Assembly: GCF_009914755.1 (NCBI RefSeq)
Contig: NC_060948.1
Source of the DNA: the human T2T-CHM13v2.0 reference genome, Homo sapiens
Reading direction: 5' to 3' (one strand)
DNA: 64,000 nucleotides
The translations under genes and the position numbers were made by a program. Positions 53,536 through 64,000 of this stretch are shown here, piece by piece. Within the stretch, counting starts at the first letter, position 1, and each line of letters opens with the position of its first letter. The notes under the pieces are model-generated. The model ran no database searches. It was not told the DNA's origin and saw only the letters and a list, made by a program, of their open reading frames with translations.

Positions 53536-55630
53536 AAAACCACAGGGAAAAGACGTCAATGTCAGAGACCACACTTAGATGTGGTAAGATCTGTGTCAAC
53601 TCCTTAGAAGCTGGCACACTAAATCACAATGGGTCTGATTCAATCCCCCCAATGACAACGGAGACCCATCTAACTAATTACACTTCGAATTACCTTTATT
53701 TTTCTCCTTACAAACCTAAAAATCTTACCATTTCTGTTGGCCTAAAAATAACATCCCTCTGTTCTTTTCTTCCTCCTTCAGCACTAAATCTTGCTTACAG
53801 TAGGTTTTACTGAATCATTCTCCCCCTTATACTTTCTGTCTCACTAGTTTCCTCACACACTGATTTACCTGCTACACAAAATTATTCTTACTGGGCTTAT
53901 GTGCCTTTTCCTCCACTTGTTTGACCTCTCACCTGGACGGATGCTCCTGCAGAAATCTACACTAATGATAGTGTGTGGATGACTGCAGCTACAGATGACA
54001 ATTGCTCCACTCAACCAGGGGAAGAAGGCACTGTATTTAATGTTATCATGGGTTATAAATACCCACCTCTGTGCCTCCAACATGCACCTGATTGTATCCA
54101 TCTAGAAACTCAATTCTGGGCTACTTGTCTTCCAGAGAGATCAGCCACAGAGGAACTGGGACATTTGGTCTCTGGCCTCTCCCTTTCTTCTTTAAAGGAA
54201 ATGAAAGAGGGAGTAATGGGAGATACCCCATACTTTCAATATAAACCTGCAGGAAAACCATGCCCTAAAAATTTTGATGGCTCATGTAAAACCTTAATTT
54301 TGGAAGACAGTGTTAACTCGCATGCAGTAACATTTAAAATGACTCATATGGTTTAGTAATAGACTGGGCACCAAAGGGTTATTTAAAATCTGTTGCTCCT
54401 CTGGTGGAAGGGAATGCCTGGAGGCTGCTTATTTTATTTCTTATCTGGAGAACGAGAATCATCATTTTACTTTACATAGGAGGTTGAGCTCATTCTTTCC
54501 CTTGAAATGGGAAGATGAAAGCATTACCCCACCCCATTGAGGCAGCATATAATATTCCCCATCCTGAGCTCAGAATACCCAGAACTTTGAAAATTGGCGA
54601 TTGCCATGTCTGGACTGTGAGCATGGAAAGGGGAAACTATTCTGTCTGTTGTCCCCACTACCATCCCTCTCTCTCAGTATTGACTTAGATCCAGACAGTA
54701 TGTTTTACTTACCTCTAACCCGACTGTTCCCATACAGAGATATGTTAAGCCTCCTTACATGCTGTTAGTGGGAAATATCAAAATTTGAACGAACAATCAA
54801 ACTGTTCAATGCATCATCTGTCATTATACACTTGCATTAACCCCCATTTTCACTCCACGAAAAGTGTATTGTGGTTAGAACTCAAGAAGGAATCTGTATT
54901 CCAATAATTTTGCCCAGACCTTGGGAATCTTCCCCCTCAATACATTTAATTAATGAATTGTTACAACGAATTCTAAAAAGATCTAAGAGATTTGTTTTCA
55001 CGTTAATCACAGTAATCATGGGCCTAATTAGTCACTGCACTGGTGACCACTGCCGGAATGGTGTTACATCAATCTATTCAAACAGCTGATTTTTTTAATG
55101 ATTGGCAAGCCAATTCCACCCAAATGTGGAATTCTCAACAAGGCATTGATCAAAAATTGGCTAATCAAATTAATGATTTAAGACAGTCTGTTATTTGCTT
55201 GGAGATCAGGTAGTGAGTCTCGAACATCACACGCAATTGCAGTGCAATTGGAACAGTTCTGATTTCTGTACTACTCTGTATTCCTACAATGAGATAGATC
55301 ATTCATGAGAAGTGGTCAAAGGACACCTTCTAGGTCAGGAAGATAATTTATCACTGGACATAAGTAAATTAAAGAAACAAATTTTTGAAATCTCTCAATC
55401 TCATTTGTCCATTGTGCCTGCAGCTGGGGCATTAGATCAGGTGGCAGAAAATCTTTCCGGGCTAAACCTCACAACTTGAATTAAGTCTGTGGGGGCTTCA
55501 CTGTAGTAAATTTTGGAATTATGTTTTTCTGTTTAATAAGCTTGTCTTTAGTGTGCTGGAACAGTCAAAGACTCCTGCCTCAAAATTGAGAGAACAAACA
55601 AGCCTTTAACACCATGGCACATTTATATAA
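53536..55630 (+). pseudogene. env: HERV-K11 (HML-8)-like env region, disrupted
   Basis: YSYWAYVPFPP, GYKYPPLCL (ORF 53973-54356); furin site and fusion peptide RILKRSKR|[13 protein letters not shown] (ORF 54871-55089); [19 protein letters not shown]; many stops. Confidence 0.88.
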
Positions 55631-55644
55631 AAGAAAGGGAGAGA

Positions 55645-56728
55645 TGCTGCGGGAAGTCAGGGACCCCAGTTGGAGGGACCGGCTGAAACCATGGCAGAAG
55701 AACATAAATTGTGAAGATTTCATGGACATTTATTATTTCCCCAAATTAATACTTTTATAATTTCTTATGTCTGTCTTTAGGGCAACCTCTGAACATAAAT
55801 TGTGAAGATTTCATGGACATTTATCACTTCCCCAATCAATACTCTTGTGATTTCCTATGCCTGTCTTTACTTTAATCTTTTAACCCTGTCATCTTTCTAA
55901 GCTGAGGAGGTACATTGCCTCAGGACACTGTGATGATTGCATTAACTGCACAAATTGTTTGTAGAGCATGTGTGTTTAAACAATATGAAATCTGGGCACT
56001 TTGTAAAAAGAACAGGATAACAGTGATGTTCAGGGAACAAGGGAGAAAACCATTAGGTCTGACGGACTGGGAGCTGGGTGGAACAGCCATATTTCTCCTC
56101 TTACAAAAGTGAATAGGAGAAATATTGCTGAGTTATTTTTCTCAGCAAGCAACAGCCCTGAGAAAGGGAATGCATTCCCAGGGATATGTCTCTAAAATGG
56201 CCGGTCTGGGAGTTTCTGTCTTATAGGATTGCAGGTAATGGATGAAATAAGCCCTGGCCTCCCATTGTGCTCCCAGGCCTATTAAAATGAGGAAGTTACT
56301 GCCTAGTAAATTTTAGTCAGACTGGTTGTCTGCTCTCAAACACTGTCTCCTGATAAGATGTTATCAATGACAATGTATGCTTAGTGGGACATGAAACTCC
56401 ATTAGCAATTTTGATTTCACCACAGTCCTGTGATCTCACTCTGCCCCCATTTGCCTTGCCATATTTTATTTCCTTGTGAAGTATGTGATATCTATGACCC
56501 AAACCCTTTCATGCTCTCTCTCCCCTTTGAAAATCACTAATAAAACTTGCAGGTTTTGTGGCTTGGGGTACATCACAGAACCTGCTGACATATGATGTCT
56601 CCCCCGGACACCCATCTTTAAAATTTCTCTCTTCTGTACTCTTTCCCTTTATTTCTCAGGCCAGACTACACTTGGGGAAAATAGAAAAAAATCTACATTG
56701 AAACATTGGGGGCTGGTTTCCCCTTATA
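55645..56728 (+). mobile_element. 3' LTR, MER11 family (~1.08 kb), preceded by polypurine tract
   Basis: PPT AAAAGAAAGGGAGAGA; starts TGCTGCGGGAAGTCAGGGACCCC; internal repeat GAACATAAATTGTGAAGATTTCATGGACATTTAT x2; AATAAA ~56539; ends GGGGGCTGGTTTCCCCTTATA. Confidence 0.92.
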
Positions 56729-58118
56729 ATAGATAGCTTCCATCTTGTTTTTATCTTGGGCTATCAGGTTTTTCCACATGGACCTCAATTGGCTCCCAAA
56801 TGTCACTTTGCAAATTCTTCAAAAAGATTTTTCCAACCGTCTGTATAAAAGAATGGTTTAACTATGTAAAGTGAATTCATACAACACAAAAACAGTTTCA
56901 AAAAATAGTTTCTTTCTACTTTTTATTCGGGTATATTCTGTTTTCCCATGTGGGCTTCAATGTGCTCCCAAATATCCCTTCACAGATTCTCCAAGGAGAG
57001 ATTTTCCAACCTGCTGAATCAAAAGAAAGGTTTGACTCTGTCAGTTGAATTCACACATCATAAAGCAGTTTCACAGATAGTTTTTATTGATTTTTATCTG
57101 GTAATATTCTGTTTTTCCTTATGGGTTTCCATGGCCTCCCCAGTTTCCCTTTGCAGATTGTTCAAAAAGAGTGTTTCCAACCTGCTGAATAAAAAGAAAA
57201 GTTTAACTCTGGGACATGAATCCAAACATCACAAAGCATTTTCACAGATAGCTTCTTTTTAGGTTTTGCCTAGGGATACTCCTTTTTTTCCTTCATTGGC
57301 TTCAATGGACCAAAATATATTGTTCCAGATTGTCCAAAAGGAGTGCTCCAAACGTGCGGAATCAAACGAAAGGATTAACTCTGTGAGATGAATCCACACA
57401 TCACAAAGCAGTTTCACAGATAGATTCCACTGTTTTTCTGGGGATATTCAGTTATTCAACAGCTCAGTGGACTCCAAAAAGTCCCTTCACAAATTCTCCA
57501 AAAAGAGTTTTTCCAATCTGCTGAATCCAAAGAAAGATTTAACTCTGTGAGACAAATCCATACATCACAAAGCAATTTCACAGATAGCTTCTTTCTAGAT
57601 TTTACCTGAAGATATTCGTTTATTTTTTCCATGGGCCTCAATTAACTTCAAAATATTTCTTCATAGATCCTTTAAAAAGAGTATTTCAAACCTGCTGAAT
57701 AAAAGAAAGGGTTAACTCTGTGAGATGAATCCACACAACACAAAGCAGTTTCACAGATATGTTCTTTCTAGTTTTTACCTAGGTATACCATATTTTTCCC
57801 CACAGGCCTCAATGGGCTCCAAAATGTCCCCTTGCAGATTCTCAGAAAATGTGTTTCCAACCTGCAGTATCAAAAGAAAGGTTTAATTATTTGAGGTGAA
57901 TCTACATACCACAGAACAGTTTCACAGATAGCTTCTTTCTAGTTTTTATCTGGGGTTATTCGAATTTTCCTCATTGCCATTGGTGGGCTCCCCATTGTCC
58001 TATCACACATTCTCCAAAAGTGTTCAACCCTATGAGAGGAATCCAGGCATCACAAAGTAGTTTCACAGATAGCTTCTTACTTATTTTCTTTTTTTTTAAA
58101 TGTCTAACCCCATCACAA

Positions 58119-61100
58119 TTTTATTATTATTATTATTGTTATTATACTTTAAGTTTTAAGGTACATGTGTACAATGTGCAGGTTTGTTACATATGTATAC
58201 ATGTGTCATGTTGGTGTGCTGTACCCATTAACTCATCATTTAGCATTAGGTATATCTCCTAATGCTATCCCTCCCCCCTCCCCCTACCGCACAACAGTCC
58301 CCAGTGTGTGATGTTCCCCTTCCTGTGTCCATGTGTTCTCATTGTTCAATTCCTACTTATGAGTGAGAACATGTGCTGTTGGGTTTTTTGTCCTTGCAAT
58401 AGATTGCTGAGAATGAGTAATGGGATGGCTGGGCAAATGGTATTTCTAGATCTAGATCCCTGAGGAATCGCCACACTGACTTCCACAATGGTTGAACTAG
58501 TTTACAGTGCCACAAACAATCTAAAAGTGTTTCTATTTCTCCACATCCTCTCCAGCACCTGTTGTTTCCCGACTTTTTAATAATCACCATTCTAACTGGT
58601 GTAAGATGGTATCTCATTGTGGTTTTGATTTGCATTTCTTGGATGGCCAGTGATGATGAGCATATTTTCATGTGTTTTCTTGGCTGCCTAAATGTCTTCT
58701 TTTGAGAACTGTCTGTTCATATCCTCTGCCCACTTTTGGATGGGGTTGTTTTTTTTTTTTTCTTGTAAATTTGTTTGATTTCATTGTAGATTCTGGATAT
58801 TAGCCCTTTGTGAGATGAGTAGGTTGCAAAAATTTTCTCGTATTCTGTATGTTGCCTGTTCACTCTGATGGTAGTGTCTTTTGCTGTGCAGAAGTTCTTT
58901 AGTTTCATTAGATCCCATTTGTCAATTTTGGCTTTTGTTTCCATTACTTTTGGTGTTTTAGACATGAAGTCCTTGTCCATGCCTATATCCTGAAAGATAA
59001 TGCCTAGGTTTTCTTCTAGGGTTTTTATGGTTTTAAGTCTAACATGTAAGTCTTTAATCCATCTTGAATTAATTTTTGTATAAGGTGTAAAGAAGGGATC
59101 CAGTTTCAGCTTTCTACATATGGCTAGCCAGTTTTCACAGCACCATTTATTAAATAGGGAATCCTTTCCCCATGGCTTCTTTTTGTCAGGTTTGTCAAAG
59201 ATCAGATAGTTGTAGATATGTGGCATTATTACTGAAAGCTCTGTTCTGTTGCATTGGTCTATATCTCTGTTTTGTACCAGTACCAAGCTGTTTTGGTTAC
59301 TGTAGCCTTGTAGTATAGTTTGAAGTCAGGTAGTGTGATGCCTCCAGCTTTGTTCTTTTCACTGAGGATTGTCTTCGCAATGTGGGCTCCTTTTTGGTTC
59401 TGTATGAAATTTAAAGTAGTTTTTTCCAATTCTGTGAAGAAAGTCACTGGTAGCTTGATGGGGATGGCATTGAATCTATAAATTACCTTGGGCAGTATGG
59501 CCATTTTCATGATATTGATTCTTCCTACCCATGAGCATGGAATGTTCTTCCATTTGTTTGTATCCTCTTTTATTTCATTGAGCAGTGGTTTGTATTTCTC
59601 CTTGAAGAGGTTCTTCACATCCCTTGTAAGTTGGATTCCTAGGTATTTTATTATCTTTGAAGAAATTGTGAATGGGAGTTCATTCATGGTTGGCTCTCTG
59701 TTTTTCTGTTATTGGTGTATAATAATTCTTGTGATATTTGCTCATTGATTTTGTATCATGATACGTTGCGGAAGCTGCCTATCAGCTTAAGGAGACTTTG
59801 GGCTGAGACGATGGGGTTTTCTAAATATACAATCATGCCATCTGCTAAAAGGGAGAATTTGACTTCCTCTTTTCCTAATTGAATACCCTTTGCCTTCTTC
59901 TCCTACCTGATTTTCCTGGCCAGAACTTCCAACACTATGTGGAATAGGATTGGTGAGAGAGGTCATCTCTATCTTTTGCCAGCTTTCAAAGGGATTGTTT
60001 CCAATTTTTGTCCATTCAGTATGATTTTGGCTGTCAGTTTGTCATAGATAGCTTTTATTATTTTGAAAGACATCCCATCAATACCTAATTTATTGAGAGT
60101 TTTTTTTATTATTATTATACTTTAAGTTTTAGGGTACATGTGCACATTGTGCAGGTTAGTTACATATGTATACATGTGCCATGCTGGTGCGCTGCACCCA
60201 CTAACTCGTCTTCTAGCATTAGTTATACCTCCCAATGCTATCCCTCCCCCCTCCCCCCACCCCACCACAGTCCCCAGAGTGTGATATTCCCCTTCCTGCA
60301 AATCAAAACCACTATGAGATACCATCTCACACCAGTTAGAATGGCAATCATTAAAAAGTCAGGAAACAACAGGTGCTGGAGAGGATGTGGAGAAATAGGA
60401 ACACTTTTACACTGTTGGTGGGACTGTAAACTAATTCAACCATTGTGGAAGTCAGTGTGGCGATTCCTCATGGATCTAGATCTAGAAATACCATTTGACC
60501 CAGCCATCCCATTACTGGGTATATACCCAAAGGAATATAAATCATGCTGCTATAAAGACACAGGCACACGTATGTTTATTGCAACATTATTCACAATAGC
60601 AAAGACTTGGAACCAACCCAAATGTCCAACAATGATACACTGGATTAAGAAAATGTGGCACATATACACCATGGAATACTATGCAGCCATAAAAAGTGAT
60701 GAGTTCATGTCCTTTGTAGGGACATGGATGAAATTGGAAATCATCATTCTCAGTAAACTATCGCAAGAACAAAAAACCAAACACCGCATATTCTCACTCA
60801 TAGGTGGGAATTGAACAATGATATTGAGAGTTTTTAACAAGAAGCGTTGTTGAATTTTGTCAAAGGCCTTCTCTGCATCTATTAAGATAATCATGTGTTG
60901 TTTGTCTTTGGTTCTGTTTACATGCTGGATTATGTTTATTGATTTTCATATGATGAACCAGCCTTGCATCCGAGAGATGAAGCCCACTTCATCATGGTGG
61001 ATAAGCTTTTTGATGTATTGCTGGATCCAGTTTGCCATATTTTATTGAGGATTTTTGCAACAATGTTCATCAAGGATATGGGTCTAAAATTCTCTTTTTT

Positions 61101-64000
61101 TGTTGTGTCTCTGCCAGGCTTTGGTATCAGGATGATGCTGGCCTCATAAAATGAGTTAGGGAGGATTCCTTCTTTTTCTATTGATTGGAATAGTTTCAGA
61201 AGGAATGGTACCAGCTCCTCCTTGTACCTCTGTAGAATTCGTCTGTGAATCCATCTGGTCCTGGGCTTCTTTTTTGTTGGTAAGCTATTTATTATTGCCA
61301 CAATTTCAGAGTCTGTTATTGATCTATTCAGAGATTCAATTTTTTCCTGGTTTAGTCTTGGGAGAGTGGATGTGTCGAGGAATTTATCCATTTCTTCTAG
61401 ATTTTCCAGTTCATTAGCATTAGAGGTGTTTATAGTATTCTCTGATGGTAGTTTGTATTTCTGTGGGATCGGTGGTGATATCCTCTTTGTCATTTTTTAT
61501 TGTTTCTATTATATTCTTCTCTCTTTTCTTCTTTATTTGTCTTGCTAGTGGTCTGTCAATTTTGTTGATCTTTTCAGAAAACCAGCTCCTGGATTCATTG
61601 ATTTTTTGTAGAGTTTTTTGTGTCTCTATTTCCTTCAGTTCTGCTGTGATCTTAGTTTTTTCTTGCCTTCTGCTAGCCTTTGAATATGTTTGCTCTTGCT
61701 TCTCTGGTTCTTTTAATTGTGATGTTAGGATATCAATTTTATATCTTTCCTGCTTTCTCCTGTGGGCATTTAGTGTTACAAATTTCCCGCTACGCACTGC
61801 TCTGAATGTGTCCCAGAGATTCTGGTATGTTGTTTCTTTGTTCTCATTGGTTTCAAATAACATCTTTATTTCTGCCTTCACTTCGTTATGTACCCAGTAG
61901 TCATTCCAGAGCAGGTTGTTCAGTTTCCATGTAAATGAGCGGATTTGAGTGAGTTTCTTAATCCTGAGTTCTAGTTTGATTGCACTGTGGTCTGAGAGAC
62001 AATTTGTTATAATTTCTATTCTTTTACATTTGCTGAGGAGTGCTTTACTTCCAAGTATGTGGTCAATTTTGGAAAAAGAGTGGTGTGGTGCTAAAAAGAA
62101 TGTGCATTCTGTTGATTTGGGGTGGAGAGTTCTGTAGATGTCTATTAGGTTCACTGTGTGCAGAGCTGAGTTCAATTCCTGGATATCCTTTTTAGCTTTC
62201 TGTCTTGTTGATCTGTCTAATGTTGAAGTGGAGTGTTAACATCTCCCATTATTGTTGTGTGGAAGTCTAAGTCTCATTATAGGTCACTAAGGACTTGCTT
62301 TATGAATCTGGGTGCTCCCATATTGGGTGCATATACATTTAGGGTAGTTAGGTCTTCTTGTTGAATTGATCCCTTTAGCATTATGTAATGGCCTTCTTTG
62401 CCTCTTTTGATGTTGTTTCATTTAAAGTCTGTTTTATCAGAGACTAGGATTGCAACCCCTGCTTTTTTTGTTTTCCATTTGCTTGGTAGATCTTCCTCCA
62501 TCCCTTTGTTTTGAGCCTATGTGTGTCTCTGCCTGTGAGATGGGTTTCCTGAATACAGCACACTGATGGGTCTTGATTCTTTATCCAATTTACCAGTCTG
62601 TGCCTTTTAATTTGAGCATTTAACCCATTTGCATTTTAGGTTAGTATTGTTATGTGTGAATTTTATCCTGTCATTATGATATTAACTAGTTAGTTGATGG
62701 AGTTTCTTCCTAACCTTGATGGTCTTTATAATTTGCATGTTTTTGCAGTGGCTGCTACTGGTCGTTCCTTTCCACATTTAATGCTTCCTTCAGGACCTCT
62801 TTTAGGGCAGACATGGTGGTGACAAAATCTCTCAGCATTTGCTTGTCTGTAAAGTACTTTATTTCTTCTTCACTTATGAAGCATAGTTTGGCTTGATATG
62901 AAATTCTGGGTAGAAAATTCTTTTCTTTAAGAATATTGAATATTGGCCCCCACTCTCTTCTGGCTTGTAGAGTTTCTGCTGAGAGATGAGCTGTTAGTCT
63001 GATGGGTTTCCGTTTGTGGGTAACCCGACCTTTCTCTCTGGCTGCCCTTTACATTTTTTCCTTCTTTTCAACTTTGGTGAATCTGACAATTATATGTCTT
63101 GGAGTTGCTCTTCTTGATGAGTATCTTTGTGGCATTCTCTGTATTTCCTGAATTTGAATGTTGGCCTGAATTGTTAGATTGGGGAAGTTGTCCAGGATAA
63201 TATCCTGCAGAATGTTTTCCAACTTGGTTCCATTCTCCCTGTCACTTTCAGGTACACCAATTAGACATAGATTTGGTCTTTTCACATAGTCCCATATTTT
63301 TGGAAATTTTGTTCATTTCTTTTTATTCTTTTTTCTCTAAACTGATCTTCACACTTCATTTCATCTTCCATTGCTGATACCCTTTCTTCCAGTTGATTGC
63401 ATCAGTTACTGAGGTTTGTGCATTCAGCACGTTGTTCTCGCGCCATGTTTTTCAACTCCATCAGGTTCTCTAAGGACTTTCTTCATTGGTTATTCTAGTT
63501 ATCCATTGATCTAATTTTTTTTCAAAGTTTTTAACTTCTTTGCCATTGGTTCAAACTTCCTCCTTTAGCTCAGGGTAGTTTGACCTTCTGAAGTCTTCCT
63601 CTCACAATTCGTGAAAGTCATTCTCTGTCCATCTTTGTTCCATTGCTGGTGAGGAGCTGCATTCCTTTGAAGGACGAGAGGTGCTCTGATTTTTAGAGTT
63701 TCCCGTTTTTCTGCTCTGTTTTTTCCCCATCTTTGTGGTTTTATCTACCTTTAGTCTTTGATGATGGTGACGTACAGATGGGTTTCTGGTGTGGATGTCC
63801 TTTCTGTTTGTTAGTTTTCATTCTAGCCATCAGGACCCTCAGCTGCAGGTCTGTTGGAGTTTACTCAAGGTCCACTCCAGACCCTGTTTGCCTGGGTGTC
63901 AGCAGTGGTGGCTGCAAAACAGTGGATATTGGTGAACCGCAAATGCTGCTGCCTAATCATTCCTCTGGATGTTTTGGCTCAGAGGCGTACCCGGCCCGGT
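58119..64000 (-). mobile_element. L1PA4-like, near full length (5'UTR runs off the window); ORF1 ATG 63730, ORF2 ATG 62674, both disrupted
   Basis: 3'UTR CTAAATGATGAGTTAATGGG..CACACCAACATG; ORF2 fragments 61420-62175, 60936-61493, 59259-59687, 58717-59286; ORF1 fragment 63049-63285. Confidence 0.96.
60105..60821 (-). mobile_element. Nested 5'-inverted L1 (L1PA2-like): 3'UTR+tail on minus strand (60105-60298), inverted ORF2 C-terminal segment on plus strand (60299-60821)
   Basis: TSD TATTGAGAGTTTTT at 60091-60104 and 60822-60835; GGGGAATATCACACTCTGGGG and GACGAGTTAGTGGGTGCAGCGCACCAG diagnostics. Confidence 0.95.

Larger units (their letters stand above)
32120..58080. repeat. Ancient monomeric alpha satellite, layer 3 (interrupted by L1, two ERV remnants and an Alu)
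   Basis: Units with TTTTTACCTGGGGATATT, TTTTCCCCAT(A/G)GGCC, GATTCTCC, GAGATGAATCCAC; period 172 bp (GAGATGAATC at 48751 and 48923). Confidence 0.95.

Noticed and set aside
38374-56728. The gag half and the pol-env half being one provirus split by inversion
   Set aside because: The LTRs are different families (LTR14-type ~576 bp vs MER11 ~1.08 kb) and the intervening satellite keeps the same orientation
32865-64000. Retrotransposition-competent L1 or coding-competent HERV-K
   Set aside because: All ORF1/ORF2, gag, pol and env frames are broken by stops, frameshifts or deletions

Overview
Primate (human/great-ape-like) pericentromeric-type, repeat-saturated DNA with no intact cellular protein-coding gene. 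(i) 1-~9.2 kb: AT-rich, with decayed L1M/MaLR fragments, Alus and a run of micro-exon-like units on the minus strand. (ii) ~9.2-20 kb: an Alu-dense, diverged copy of what I recognise as rDNA intergenic spacer (IGS), with no rRNA coding sequence. (iii) 20.7-58.1 kb: a single-orientation array of ancient, diverged ~172-bp monomeric alpha satellite with no CENP-B box seen, arranged as three sequence layers. It is interrupted by five Alus, a 3'-truncated L1PA, an LTR14-type HERV-K 5'LTR-gag remnant and a MER11/HERV-K11 pol-env-3'LTR remnant. (iv) 58.1-64 kb: a near full-length L1PA4-like element carrying a nested, 5'-inverted (twin-primed) L1PA2-like insertion with a 14-bp TSD. I see no evidence for a new protein-based system. 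The most interesting signals are the fossil IGS copy, the satellite layering and vestigial higher-order structure, and the retrotransposition and deletion junctions. Subfamily names come from remembered consensus sequences, and boundaries were read by eye (most ±10-30 bp).
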